From Octopus bimaculoides (lineage: Eukaryota), in contig NC_068988.1 in NCBI RefSeq assembly GCF_001194135.2, positions 3,949,641 to 4,013,640 of the forward strand: DNA of 64,000 nucleotides. The letters are read 5' to 3'. This document shows, one piece after another, positions 37,070-50,811 of this stretch; the stretch's first letter is position 1, and each line of letters opens with the position of its first letter. A program made the position numbers and the translations under genes. The notes below the pieces were generated by a model. That model ran no database searches and was not told where the DNA came from. It saw nothing but the letters and a program-made list of their open reading frames with translations.

Positions 37070-38700
37070 CATACTGGTGGACATTTGCCTTCCAGACAGT
37101 TGCGTATCAGACAATTGTGTCCCAATATATTAGAATCCTTAGACAAATGCATCCATGGATAGTTGTGTTTGTGTATTATTTTGAAATTTTATTTATCTTT
37201 TTTCAGATGTATTTTTTCTTTATTTAGAACACTTGATTATCAAAGCTAATTGTAAATAAACACATTTAATAACTCTAAACAAGCAAGTAGGTAATAATAA
37301 ATATTTAAAAAAAGGAAAAAAACAAATAAAACAGTTTAAAATTTACAAGTTTATTTTTGTTTAAAAAACGGAAACAGATTAACACTATTAATAAATATTT
37401 CAAGATTTAAGAATTATTGTAATTTCACAAATGAATCAAAAGGTATGAATGTTGTGAGCTATTCCTTTCAAGAAATTTATCTTGTTTTCAGGAGTATACT
37501 TATCTAATAATGCCATGATTCTCTTAGTTGCAGTTTTATATTTTTTGCCATACTAAAATTCCTCTTCCAAAGTGCCTTTTTTTCTTTAAGGCAATGGCCT
37601 CTTCCTTTTCCAGTGTCTCAATCAATTTCCAAATAATGGGGTGCTGACACAATAAAGAATATTGCAAAGTATTTTGTAATCCCTCTAAGCTGTTATTAGA
37701 TCCATGCAACTGATTTGTAACCCTTTCTCGAACATTCCAAAACTTGATAGAAAAAATTGCCTCCATCCTTATCCCTCTCCGGCCTCTTGCTGGGCCAATG
37801 TATGTCATTTCAAAATGGGCGGTAAATTCTAGAGGCAGATCACAGTCATTGAACAAGTCAATAAACTGTCAACAGCGTCAATTAAAGGAAGAAACGATAT
37901 TGCAGAAAAACATCTAATTTTCAAACTGAATGCTTCATCTTCTCTATACCATTGCCTTAATCTTAGGTCACAGATTTTCTTAAAAAATAGACTTAGATAA
38001 ACAAAAGAGACATGAGTTTATTGTTACTTTTGGAAACTTTTCTGCAAAACCTTTCTGAGCTCCTATTTCAAAGTTTGTCAACAAAGATTTTGGATAAAGT
38101 TGCAGTTTAAGATGCAACAGATATGTGAATATCCTTTGTATTGCCTGGAAGAAGGGCAAAAACTCTGGGAATACTAAATGTAGCTTCTTAGATATGGATA
38201 CAATGTAGATGATAATATACTGATGGACTGACATTAAAGTTATCATCTGCTGCTCAGTTAGGAAAATTTATCAAATCTTTTAAGTCATTTTCTGTTGAAA
38301 ATATTAGTATTCTATTCTCATCATTGATGCCATAATCAAATGCAAGGAATTTCTCTCCAGTTGCAAGAAAACGATAGGATTCTGGTATATTGAAATTATT
38401 TCTTTACTGTGAAATTGGTGGTATGTTTTGTGCTTTTTGTCTCCATCAATGTACATTTCTTCCCATTGATGATAAAGAGGGCATGTGGGTAATTGAAAAC
38501 TGATCTTCATTAGCAATCATAGCTCTAGTAAGACTTCTTGCTGGTTTGCATACTGAAATTGAAGTAGTTTTTAACTCTTGTGCACTGACTTTGGAAGCTG
38601 AGGGTCCACGGTTATGTTCATTACATTGTGTCATGACTGAGTCATTCATTGTACGTATTCCTGATTTGCAAAATCGCTCTACACATCTCCAGTATCAAAA
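37070..38700 (-). mobile_element. decayed Mutator-like (MULE) element with FLYWCH zinc finger
   Basis: YWRCVERFCKS..NEHNRGPS (FLYWCH); PKSLLTNFEIGAQKGFAEKFPKVTINSCLFCL (MULE catalytic block); YIG..FSIKFWNV..SNNSLEG..HPIIWKLIE; many stops and frameshifts. Confidence 0.85.
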
Positions 38701-38727
38701 ACTATATATATATATATATATATATAT

Positions 38728-38843
38728 NNNNNNNNNNNNNNNNNNNNNNNNNNNNNNNNNNNNNNNNNNNNNNNNNNNNNNNNNNNNNNNNNNNNNNNNN
38801 NNNNNNNNNNNNNNNNNNNNNNNNNNNNNNNNNNNNNNNNNNN
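38728..38843. other. assembly gap (N-run) within (AT)n
   Basis: run of N. Confidence 1.
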
Positions 38844-39758
38844 ATATCATTGTATATATATATATATATATCATTGTATATTTGAAGAAAAGCAACAAAA
38901 ATGTGTTAGGTTATAGCAGTACATACGTTTCGTACAAACTTCATTTATTTATGTAGTGAGAACACCACATAAGATGTGCAATGAAAATGTACTCCTCAGC
39001 TGCATAATTGAAGTTCATTTCAGAAAGTCATTTTGTAAATGTGTGCAAATACAAGAGTAGGAGATGAAGAGAATACCATCTTGACTGGGCTGTTAATATT
39101 CTTTATACACCACTCCCATCTGCCATGTCTACTATAATGTGACAGCAATCTATGACAAAAACACTTCAATCTGAAGATGAGACTACAAAGGCTGAAGGCC
39201 TACAAATGCCAATGAAGGATTTAGAAAGTTTACCAGTTGATATAAACTGCAAGCAACTCCTGCAAAAGATATTGGGAGGTGGTAGTGGAGTGGGGAGGAC
39301 CTTGATTAAACCTAAAACTAGAACACAGCTATGAATTCAATACATCTAAACAGAAAGTTGTTCTTCAATTATCCATACACACATACAATCATGCATGCAC
39401 ACACACACACATTGATAGATATGTGACAACTGTTGCTGTTGGTATATTTATAGTCAGCTGTCACACAATATTACTTCTCTTCATATCACTAGTTTATCAC
39501 AGAGAAGAGGGGCCTTTAAGGATAATCACTGCTAGCCTCGAGATAAGTTCTTTTTACATGAGGTTTAGTTCAAAATATAATTTTATATTAAATTATCTAT
39601 TTTAAATTATATTAATTTTTTTTCCTCTTCAAACAGTTATTTCTCTGTTGCTATCAATACATCTACCTGATATATTGTTTTTCTTGATTTCTCTTGATGG
39701 ATTTTATTTTCATCTTTCCTTTATTTTCACTCCCCATCTTCTTTCATTTCTCTTTCAC

Positions 39759-39806
<48 letters not shown>

Positions 39807-40752
39807 CTGCTTACTCCCACTCTCAATCTTTCTCTCTTATCACATGCCACTGAAATAATATTTTTAGAAGAGTTTTACTCTTTAAAATACTGACTGCTTT
39901 GAGAGGAAAGAAGGGAGAAGGAAAAAGATGTAGCATCAGACAAACAAGTTCTTTTGCTGTAAAATGCACAAAATATGTAAAATACAAAATTTTACTATCA
40001 TAACCTCGTTGCTTGAATTATAAAAGTATATCTCTGTATACACACAGATGTATGGGCATGCGTATGTGCCTATGTATATACAGAAGTGAGGTATATACAG
40101 AAGTGAGGTATATACATACACAGCTATATGCATCATGCATACACACACAAGCAAGAATGTATGTATACAATTTTAAACAATATTATAAATACTTCCATGT
40201 TTAGATAGTGTACATATATATCTTCCTCCATGTCAATATTGTATTTAGAATTTAATAAAACAAAATCTATTCCCCATTCTTTTAAGATGGTTTCACCTCC
40301 ACTGAGTATTTTAGTTTTTATTTTCCCTGTGAACAGAAAGTGTTTCTGAATACCAGAGCATCTCCTAATGTCTGTGGTGATATCTTGTGCCCAATATTGG
40401 TTAGCAGGTCACCACGGTTTTGGATAAACTGAGTTCTAGTTTTTCTCTGTCAGCATATTCTTCTTATACTAATCTACATCACTTGCACGACATTAAAAGG
40501 GTTTTTGTTACAGTATCATATGCAGTATTCATGTGACGCTTTTGTTTATATAATAATGAATAGCATACAGTAGTAGAGTTAGTCATTAATGTTGTGTGTG
40601 TGAAGAGGGGTAGGCAAGATATACCATGTCGTGACATCATATGATTGTGTGACTGATTACAGAAATGTAAGAAATTACCAGAGTCATGATTTAGCAGAAA
40701 ATTGAAAAATAAAGAAATAAAATAAAAATTGTAATTATTCATTTATTTTTCT

Positions 40753-40803
<51 letters not shown>

Positions 40804-42241
40804 ATTCATTTAATATAATCATTTTCTTCATCCTAAAATTTTTATTTCTCCTCTCATTTGATTTCAATGTAGAGAGAAGAGTGTTTATCTACAACAGCTA
40901 TTCACAGCAACTTCAACCGAGCTTGCAAAGCCTTACAAAACTCAAGTATTACAGCAACTGATAACATATTACGTTATTAAAATTCTCTTTCATTGATTGG
41001 CCAGCTTCCTAATTGCTATGCTTCTTGGATTAAACTAGTATGGAACCTGTAGTATATGTTATAAAGAGACCCTAAATTTTAAAAATGGTTAGCTTTTTAT
41101 TGAATTATATTTATTGTATCCAAGTGTGTATTTGAAGGATCAATATTTATAGATCAGTTAACATGTGTATGTTGAGGATGGGGGTGGAGTGAAAGGACTA
41201 CAAGAATCCCATTATTTATTATTTTATCGAAAGTTTGAATTTTTTGCTTGTTCTGGAGGAAGGGCAGTGCTCATGAATATTTCCATCATCTTTAAGTCCG
41301 TTGGGAGGGAGGTATCCTCAAATTGGGGGCCAGCAACAAGATGGTTCTACTAAAGATACCCATGAAACATGCAGTGGAGTCAAACTAGGTGAAACCAAGT
41401 AACAGATCAAATGTTCCACTCAAGAAAGCCACAGTGGAATATGAAATCAGAATACAAAGAGCTGAAACATGTAATTCAAAGCATCTCATTTGACACTCGA
41501 ATAATTCTATTGGTCCGCTACCCTGCATGGATACTTTATTTATTAGCCCCAGATGTGTTTCAGATATTTAGAAGATTAACTCAGGAAGACAACAGTTCAA
41601 TCATAATAAATTGTGCGTTGAATCTAAGCATGTAAATCCATCTTCTACAAGCCTTAGTCTTGTGTTAAAGTAACCCTAAGAAACCTTAAATGTTACAACA
41701 TTATATGAAGTAACTAATACATAACCTCCTTATTTAAACACCTAAGCTGCACAAATTAAGTTCACTCTCATGATACACTACTACCCCAGCATTAAGTAAA
41801 TTAGTTTTTTGGTTTAACACTGGAAATGTAATTACATTAATTTAAAGTTATTATTTCTGATGTGAAATTCTGCAAAAGATTGAAGTAGGAACTGCACTCA
41901 GGAAAATATTTCTTATGTGTTTAAAAATCCAAATTTAATTGAACAAGTATGGTTATCATTACATTGTCTCTAATATATACGGAATAATAGGATTCATTCC
42001 ACTGATTTTATTTATGAGAACAAAAATAATTAACTTCAATTATTGTATGACGAGTTTAATGTATCAAAACAGAGCAAGAGAATGGCAAGTCTGTCAATTA
42101 ACATCAGACATAAATAAAGTCTGAATCAGAAATGATGGCCTACAAACATTTCATTAAAAGTGTATTTCAGAAGTGTTGTGAGTATGAAATCAACCTTAAT
42201 CAACCAGTTGTTCATGGAAGACAGCATAAGAGAAGAGTAAG

Positions 42242-42420
42242 ATGGCATCTATGGTGGCCCATGACAATGCAGAGATACCAGCATATTCCCTGTTCAATGC
42301 TATCGGGGTAGAGATGGCTGCCCACATGTGTGAGCCCCATGAACCAGAATGGCTCTTCCAGTGCATCTCCCTTGCTATCCTCTGGGGCCAATGCCTTTTC
42401 CCTTTTGTCTGCTGGTATCA
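42242..42420 (+). pseudogene. possible CRE/R2-superfamily non-LTR C-terminal fragment
   Basis: SLFNAIGVEMAAHMCEPHEPEWLFQCISLAILWG resembles the ..G..REx.WL.QR.S.A..RGN terminal motif. Confidence 0.4.
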
Positions 42421-42450
42421 TGAGAAATGTTTCTATATTCTTTTCTACTC

Positions 42451-42652
42451 TAGGTACAAGGGCCAAAGTTTTGGGGGAAGGGGACAGTCAATTTGATTGA
42501 CCCCAGTACGCAACTAGTATTTAATTTATCGACCCCGAAAGGATGAAAGGCAAAGCTGACCTCGGTGGAATTTGAACTCAGAATGTAAAGAGAGACGAAA
42601 TACCACAAAGCATTTTGCCTGGCATGCTAACGTTTCTGCCAGCTCGCCATCT
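42451..42652 (-). mobile_element. SINE family A copy
   Basis: GACCCCGAAAGGATGAAAGGCAAAG..GGAATTTGAACTCAGAA..TTCTGCCAGCTCGCC. Confidence 0.85.
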
Positions 42653-43300
42653 TAGAAATGTTTCTATATTGTGAGAGGTAAGATTCTCTGTTAATCCATC
42701 ATGCACACTATAGAATTGTTGAACTGTTGACTGATTGACAGCATATTCTACTCTCTTACTACTAGCTTGAACAAGCACTGATATTTCAGGTAGATATTAA
42801 CTAACCCCCAAATAGACTGTTTCATCAAGTTTTACATTTTAAAAAATTATCAGACCTTAGAAAACCTTTTTGGTCAAACTCACCTGGATTTACATCAGGC
42901 TCTTTGATATAAATCTTCTTATATAATATTCATATTTATCTGAAGCCATTTTTGTTGTGTTCCAAATACCAAATTGAGGATAATGAGATATTTTCACAAG
43001 TAACCATTTTAATAGCAGGTCACCTGAGAATGTTTCTGCTTCTATGATACAAGTTCCCTGTATTAAACTGATCTAAATTAAAACCTTCCACAAAAATTTC
43101 ATGTTAATTTATGTTCAAAATACCATCTTGATAATGCCAAAATAAGTTTAATATAAATTTTATTATTTTTAAAATTGATTGAAACAGAAGTAGCACATTT
43201 CAGCAGAAGTATGGTAATGAAAGGAACACATACATAATGTAGTTTGTTACTGATATGATGAAATGGATAAGGAATAGGAAGAATGGTAATGATGATTATT

Positions 43301-43523
43301 TCTTTATTGCGCACAAGGGGCTAAACATAGAGGTGACAAACAAGGATAGACAAAGGTATTAAGTCGATTACATCGACCCCAGTGCGTAACTGGTACTTAA
43401 TTTATCAACCCTGAAAGGATGAAAGGCAAAGTCGACCTCAGCGGAATTTGAACTCAGAACGTAACGGCAGACGAAATACCGCTAAGCATTTCACCCGGCG
43501 TGCTAACGTTTCTGCCGGCTCGC
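43301..43523 (-). mobile_element. SINE family A copy (well preserved)
   Basis: same motifs with most CpGs intact. Confidence 0.9.
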
Positions 43524-44257
43524 AGAATGATGATGATGATGCCGATGGTGGTGGTGACAGTGACAACAGCAATGACATTGCAGCTCCCAGGGAACTATGT
43601 TTCTTTGCTGTATTTAGCTTAACTTCCAGGAAGTGGAGCACCTTCCAGGTTGGGGTTTCTCTGTTCTTAGCAGAAATATTACCAAGCTTGATATCATATT
43701 ATCATCGATATTCTTGAGATATATTAAGTGATTACATTTGAAACTATAATAAATAAATTGATTGTGACAAGTGGTTAGTCGTCTTAAAGGCAGAGTTTCG
43801 CAGAGAAGTTTGTTAACACAAAGTAAGATTACTTTTGATGGTCACAGATGTAGCGACCAAATGAAGCTCTCAGATATAAATTTAGTTTAGAATGGAATTT
43901 GAACTTGGAATATTGAGATAGCAGTATTTATTTTTCAACTCACTACCTCTACCAAGCCCACCACCATTAAAGGAAACCTTTACACAATTGCTTGGGATCC
44001 TTCAGAAAGTCATGACCTGCCATTTTGTAAAAGAGGGATGCATTATTTAATGAAGTCTTAGATAGACTGGATCTGATAGGGTTGTCATGGCAGAGTGGAT
44101 ATTGATCATAGATCTACTCAAATGAACCATTGAGGAGTTGACAAAAAAGCTGCCAAGTTCTTGTGCAAACTTTACCAAAAAATCATTGAACTTTATAGAT
44201 TCCCTTTTATTTTTTAAAGAAAGTAATTATGAACATTGGTTTCAAATTTTGGCACAA

Positions 44258-44463
44258 TGCCAGCAATTTTTTGTTGGGGTGGGGGTGGGGGTTAAATCGA
44301 TTATATCAGCCTCAGTACTCAATAGGTACTTTATTCTATTGACCCTGAAAGGATGAAAAGCAAAGCTGACCTCAGCCGGATTTGAACTCAGAACATAAAG
44401 ACAGACAAAATGTCACTCAGCATTTTGCCTGGCAGGCTAACAATTCTGCCAGCTCATCCCCTT
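44258..44463 (-). mobile_element. SINE family A copy
   Basis: same motifs. Confidence 0.85.
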
Positions 44464-45217
44464 TAAAGGCAGACAATAAATAAACTGTAAACAACAGCAA
44501 CTTGTAGACGGTGGTGGTGGTGGTGGTGCAGGGAATTCTTTATTCTTTATTCTTTTAATGGTTTCAGTCATAGGATTGTAGCCATGCTGGAGCACCACCT
44601 TAATTTATTCTCTGTCAGTTTTATTATTGCCTTATGACTGGAAGTTGGCCTATAACTGAATCTGTGGCAGCTGATCTTTACCGATTTTATCGTTGAATGG
44701 CTGACTGGTCCAGTATCATCGTCAGGAGTTTATCCAATGATTTTTTTTAATGCTTTCTTGGAGGTCCCTTTTATATTTCTGATTTTTTTAGGTAGGCAGT
44801 TGATCAAATGAGGACCTCTAAATATCAGACTACAATAATTAGCAGGTGGAGACACTGAAATAAACTAACAGTGTAATTGCTACAGTTGAGCATATCTTGA
44901 TATCTTGATAACAAAAAGAAATGACTACAGCAATAGTTGTGAAAGCCATGGTGACAATAGCCTAATCAGGTTAATTAAATATACTAGTATTCAATCCACT
45001 CAGATATGATAAATACTACCAATTATTTTATTTTATATTGCGATTTGTGAACATCAACATTGTTGCTTACTGGTTTCCATTGACATATTTATTGCATTTT
45101 TGGAAGCAAGAGTGACAGGTGAGGGTCACAAACTTCAATTTTAAATCATTGTTTTTGGTTTGTTTAGATTTGGCCCCTGATATTTTACTCTTATGCTGAT
45201 AAAAACTGAGGGAAGAT

Positions 45218-45265
<48 letters not shown>

Positions 45266-45884
45266 CAGGCTTTGGCACAGCTCTCATTAAGTAAATTCTA
45301 TTCACAAAAACATTGAGGAAGCCAATGTTGTCTAACTCTTTCCAGTTCCACCTTGATGGAACTGACCACACAGTATTTGTTGAGCTCCAGTTCAGCCCAG
45401 ATATATAGTGCTAACTAGATGAAAAAAGGACAAGCAAACTGAATTCCTGGCAATTCTACTTGATACTGGATACTGTAGAAGTTAATATATTGTAGTAGAG
45501 AAGACCTGAAGGTATTATAGAAATTATTGTACAGAAGATCTGAGACCAGCTCCACAAAATAGCAAAACACTTCTTTCCTTCACTAATCCTACAATGTTGT
45601 CACTATCAACAAAATAAGCTGCTAAGCTATTGAGAACGAAATGGTTTGAACCGAGATACAATACAAGGATATTAACAGGACAGACATTACTGTTGTTATT
45701 GTTTAGCCCCAGGTCAACCATGAGTAGAGTTATGGTTAATAGACATTCAAGTTGTCAGCATCACATTGTTTTGTACATTAACATCTCCATGGTCCTATGA
45801 GCCCTTTTCATGTTGACTCATCATTTCAAATAAGACGCCTCCAGCCATTTGGAGAAGTATTTATTGATCAATATAACTGGCAGT

Positions 45885-46200
45885 CCACTGATTACAATCA
45901 CAAGGGTTCCAGTTGATCAATAGAACAACATGCTCATGCAATTAACATGCAGGCAGCTGAGCAATCCTCAAGCATGCATGCCACTGATGCAGTTCTCGGG
46001 GAGATTCAGCATGATACAGAACATAACAAGGCTGGCCCCCTTTCAAATTACAGGTACAACTCATTTTTGCCAGCTGAGTGGACTAGAGCCAGGTGAAATA
46101 AAGTGTCTTGCTCAAGGACACAACACATCCCTGGGTATTGAACTCATAACTATACAACCATGAGCCAAACACCCTAACCACTAAACTATATACTTTCACA
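45885..46200 (-). mobile_element. SINE family D copy
   Basis: reverse complement of 53285-53525 (TGTGTCCTTGAGCAAGA..CACTCAGCTG.CAAAAATGAG..CCAGCCTTGT). Confidence 0.75.
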
Positions 46201-46939
46201 AGTAACCAATATATAGTTTAGTAATAACACAACATGAATCAGAAATACTGAAATAAATTTAAATATTATGAAGTATAAGTAGTCAATGATATAATGTCTG
46301 GTAAATACTGCCAAGCAAGAGATAAGCTTACATTTTATAGCTTTTCATGGTGATTTTTTTTCAATCATTTCTGATTGAATACATCATAGAACTTAGATTA
46401 AAGCCCTTCAAAAAAAAAAAATGGTCTGAAGATTGCAACATCCCATTTTCTTCTGGCATAGAAAAAAACATTATGATTTCAATGATTTCATTCTTTTTTA
46501 AAAGATAATTCTATATTTTTAGAGGAATCATCACATAAGTATCTTTCTTCGGGTAGAATAACCTAATATGAGACAATCGAACGCAGCAGTCATAAATGTT
46601 TTCATTTCAAATTTCCATCAATGATTTCTTTCCTCATTTGAAAATCAAAATGAAAAACAACATTTTAATAATCAATCAATTACCGATAATAATAAATATC
46701 ATACATTAGCGTTATTGATTTCAATCTTATGTAACTTCCTTCATCATTTCAAAGTTATTTTAAAAAAAGAGACAGACATAAATACACACATACACACACA
46801 CACAAACATGTATGTGTGTGTGTGTGTATGTATGTATATATAATTTGTATGTATGTATGTATGTATGTATGTATGTATGTATGTATATATATAATTCATA
46901 GATGGGAATCAAATATTCTCTGTATAGAATTGTGCACGA

Positions 46940-46999
<60 letters not shown>

Positions 47000-47939
47000 C
47001 ATATACTTACATACACATGTATATATAAGAATAGAACAGTAATAACTGTAGCAAAATATTGCCCAGAGATCTTTCATTAACATCTTTCCGAGGCATAATA
47101 TTTCTCTCCCAGAGAACCACATTTACTGGAATGGGTGTAACTAGCTTCTTTATGGCTATCTGTCATATACGCTATGGAAATTTACAGCTTTTGTCTGAAA
47201 ATTTTATTTCTCTGGTTATGATTTGTGAGAACATTTTCACTGAACTCAACAAAATACCACTTACCTTGCAGAATTTGTTTGTTTTGTGTGTTTGTGGTAT
47301 TATTTTTATTTCTTTTAATATGTTCATACTCGCATAAATACATAATAAAGAGACTTCTACTTGGATATATATTTAGATATGAATAATGAATATATACACA
47401 TGTAAATATTTTTGCATACTGTATGCATACATACATACATGCATATACATATGCACATGCTCACACATATATCTATGATCATGTATATATTTTTGTGTAT
47501 ATAGGTATATGTATATGAGTGTATATATGTGTGTGTGTGTGTATATATACAGGTGTATGTGTATGAATATATATATAAGTGTATATACATGTGTCCAACA
47601 ATATTAGATGCCATAATGGAGATTAATAATATTTTTATTTTAATGAAGTCAGTCTTTTTCTACCCACACCTGGGTGCCTGAAACACAGAATGGCAAAAAC
47701 CAAAATAAAAATATCAAAAATAATTTATCTTTTACTTGTTTCAAGCATTAGTCTGCATCCATGCAGAGGCCCTGCTTTGAAGAATGTTGAGCCAAATGAA
47801 TTTGACCCTTGTGCTTATATTTTTATTTGAAGCCTGAAATTTATTCTATTAATCTCTTTTGTCAAACTACTAAGTTATAGGGACATAGACAAATCAACAT
47901 CCCACTTTGTCAAGAGGAGGAGACAAACACAGACCCACA

Positions 47940-48190
47940 AACATCATCATCATTATCATCATCATCATTATCATCATCATCATCATCATCAACGTTTAAC
48001 GTCCGTTTTCCATGCTGACATGGGTTGGACGGTTCAACTGGAGTCTGGGAAGCCAGGAGGCTGCAACAAGCCCCAATTTGATCTGGTAGTGTTTCTACAG
48101 CTGGATGCCCTTCCTAACGCCAACTACTTCATAAGTGTAGTGGGTGCTTTTTATGTGCCACCGACACAGGGGCTAGAGGAGCTGGCATCA
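47940..48190 (-). mobile_element. family R 3' tail copy
   Basis: (CAT)n AACGTTTAACGTCCGTTTTCCATGCTGACATGGGTTGG..GGATGCCCTTCCTAACGCC. Confidence 0.85.
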
Positions 48191-48239
48191 ACCAGCATAG
48201 ACATATATACATATGCAGATATACAAACGACACTCTTTC

Positions 48240-48368
48240 TTTAGGTTCCACCTACCAAATCCACTCAGCCTGAGGCTATAGTAGAAGACACTTTGCCAAG
48301 ATGCCATGCAATGGAAATCAGAGCCAGGTGTTTAGGAAGCAAGCTTCATACCACAAAGCCATGTCTGT
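48240..48368 (-). mobile_element. SINE family C head fragment
   Basis: CCAAATCCACTC..GAAGACAC..GGAAGCAAGCTTCATACCACAAAGCCATG. Confidence 0.65.
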
Positions 48369-48551
48369 GCCTCTATATTATATATGTGGTGGGGTGTACT
48401 CATATACATATATATATATACATGTGTGTGTGTGTCTGTGTGCATATATATATATATATATATAAATAATAATATTAGGGACAAAATCCAAAATTACAGG
48501 TAAAAACTCAATTGGCTCTTTTCCCTAAAACTATATATATATATATATATA

Positions 48552-49281
48552 NNNNNNNNNNNNNNNNNNNNNNNNNNNNNNNNNNNNNNNNNNNNNNNNN
48601 NNNNNNNNNNNNNNNNNNNNNNNNNNNNNNNNNNNNNNNNNNNNNNNNNNNNNNNNNNNNNNNNNNNNNNNNNNNNNNNNNNNNNNNNNNNNNNNNNNNN
48701 NNNNNNNNNNNNNNNNNNNNNNNNNNNNNNNNNNNNNNNNNNNNNNNNNNNNNNNNNNNNNNNNNNNNNNNNNNNNNNNNNNNNNNNNNNNNNNNNNNNN
48801 NNNNNNNNNNNNNNNNNNNNNNNNNNNNNNNNNNNNNNNNNNNNNNNNNNNNNNNNNNNNNNNNNNNNNNNNNNNNNNNNNNNNNNNNNNNNNNNNNNNN
48901 NNNNNNNNNNNNNNNNNNNNNNNNNNNNNNNNNNNNNNNNNNNNNNNNNNNNNNNNNNNNNNNNNNNNNNNNNNNNNNNNNNNNNNNNNNNNNNNNNNNN
49001 NNNNNNNNNNNNNNNNNNNNNNNNNNNNNNNNNNNNNNNNNNNNNNNNNNNNNNNNNNNNNNNNNNNNNNNNNNNNNNNNNNNNNNNNNNNNNNNNNNNN
49101 NNNNNNNNNNNNNNNNNNNNNNNNNNNNNNNNNNNNNNNNNNNNNNNNNNNNNNNNNNNNNNNNNNNNNNNNNNNNNNNNNNNNNNNNNNNNNNNNNNNN
49201 NNNNNNNNNNNNNNNNNNNNNNNNNNNNNNNNNNNNNNNNNNNNNNNNNNNNNNNNNNNNNNNNNNNNNNNNNNNNNNNNN
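48552..49281. other. assembly gap (N-run)
   Basis: run of N. Confidence 1.
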
Positions 49282-49360
49282 NGTGGTATATAGTCTTTTG
49301 CTGCTATTTCTAGCGAGTAGATGTCCTATTATAGGCATCTCTGCATTTTAAATAAATTAA

Positions 49361-49405
<45 letters not shown>

Positions 49406-49569
49406 TTCTCTGAGAGTTAGAGGTTGGGAAGCCAACCAACTAAGGGATAGTACCTATCCAATCCAATATACTGCAGGTAGTATTCATACCCAAATGCTGG
49501 CTATTGCGTGGCAAATTTGCAATTGAGAGTCATATATGGGCAGGGGTAAAAAGTGGTTTACTCTTAATT

Positions 49570-49664
49570 TATACGGCAAATAAGAGAAAATGGAGAGGAT
49601 ACAAAAGCCTGAAACTTATGTATGTCGTTTCGTATCCTCTCCAGTTTCTCTTATTTGCCATATA
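49570..49664. repeat. 33-bp inverted repeat (mini-MITE or hairpin)
   Basis: 49570-49602 pairs with 49632-49664 at 31/33 positions; 29-nt loop; TA at both ends. Confidence 0.9.
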
Positions 49665-50110
49665 TACACATACACACACACATTGGCCAGTTGTTCATAA
49701 ATCTAAAACTTTAGAGCAGTAATATCTAAAAGGTTGTTGCTTATGACCAGGCAGAGAGAGATCATTAGTTTCACAGTTATGATTAAACATTTGAAGGTGG
49801 TGGATATGTATGGATGCAACTCAATGACTGTAACCAGAAAAAGCTAACAACACTGGCTTAGGAGATGAATAGTTACTGAAACATCTTGGTGTCCTGTGAA
49901 TTAGCTTGTAACAAATACTTCATTCTTTTATTCATGTCATACACTTCAGGTCTATTGTTCCTGTTTATTTATTTCAATTACAGACATAACATCATCGTAC
50001 CAACTCCCTGTTGAATCATTGTGCACTTTCAGTGAATTATCCTACAATAAGCAAAATTTGTATTCTATACAGTTCTATGAATTTTACCCATTATATAAAT
50101 ATAAATGTAA

Positions 50111-50143
<33 letters not shown>

Positions 50144-50627
50144 TATACATATTTTGCTTAGGCATTGCAATACTAATAATTTGGTGTAGAACTCAGTATA
50201 GTTATGCTTCTGAATGAAGCATAAGTTGAGTACTGAGCAGGAAAGAGATGATAATGGAATAAAAGATTATCTTGTGAACTTCATTAGCTTACAGCTGTTT
50301 CTGCAATTAGATGCAGTAGACCCATAGTTGAATGCCTGAGTAACAACTCAGTTTTATCAGAGGCTCAAACATGAAGTGCAGATGACACACATACATACAC
50401 ATATATATATATATGTATATATATATAAATGTATCTGTATTTTTTCGTGTGTACAAATAACACGGAAAAAATAGATAGTTACCAAGGTAGCAAGAATTCA
50501 CATAAGTGCCAAGGATATTACGGCCTACTTATAAAGGTAGAAATTCCAGGGTTAAGGGAAATGTTTTTGTATAACATAGATAAATTAAGAAATGGAATCA
50601 AATGCAAGTGTTATTCAAATCTTTATA

Positions 50628-50699
50628 TTTCCGACATGTGTTTCGAAAAAAGCATAGAATAAAATGATGTAAAACAATGCAATCATCTCATCAGGGAAA
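50628..50699 (-). ncRNA. type I hammerhead ribozyme-like motif
   Basis: stem I TTTCC/GGAAA; intact CTGATGA; G10.1-C11.1; GAAAC-ACAT-GTC; stem II irregular (GATGATTGCAT/ATGCTTTTTTC). Confidence 0.55.
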
Positions 50700-50765
50700 A
50701 AAGAGAAGCAAAACACATCAATAAGCCATTTTAACTGAATGTGATTATCGTGTATATTATGAAGG

Positions 50766-50811
50766 GGAACGCTGGCAAGTTATGTCTAAAAAAATAACTT
50801 GCAAGCGTTCC
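50766..50811. repeat. 18-bp hairpin
   Basis: GGAACGCTGGCAAGTTAT / ATAACTTGCAAGCGTTCC, 17/18 paired, 10-nt loop. Confidence 0.9.

Noticed and set aside
38915-38960. Minus-strand GAAAC-GTA hammerhead echo
   Set aside because: No CUGANGA core and only a 2-bp stem II
44695-44730. Minus-strand CTGACGA..ACTGG-A-CCAGT
   Set aside because: No GAAA, stem III or cleavage triplet
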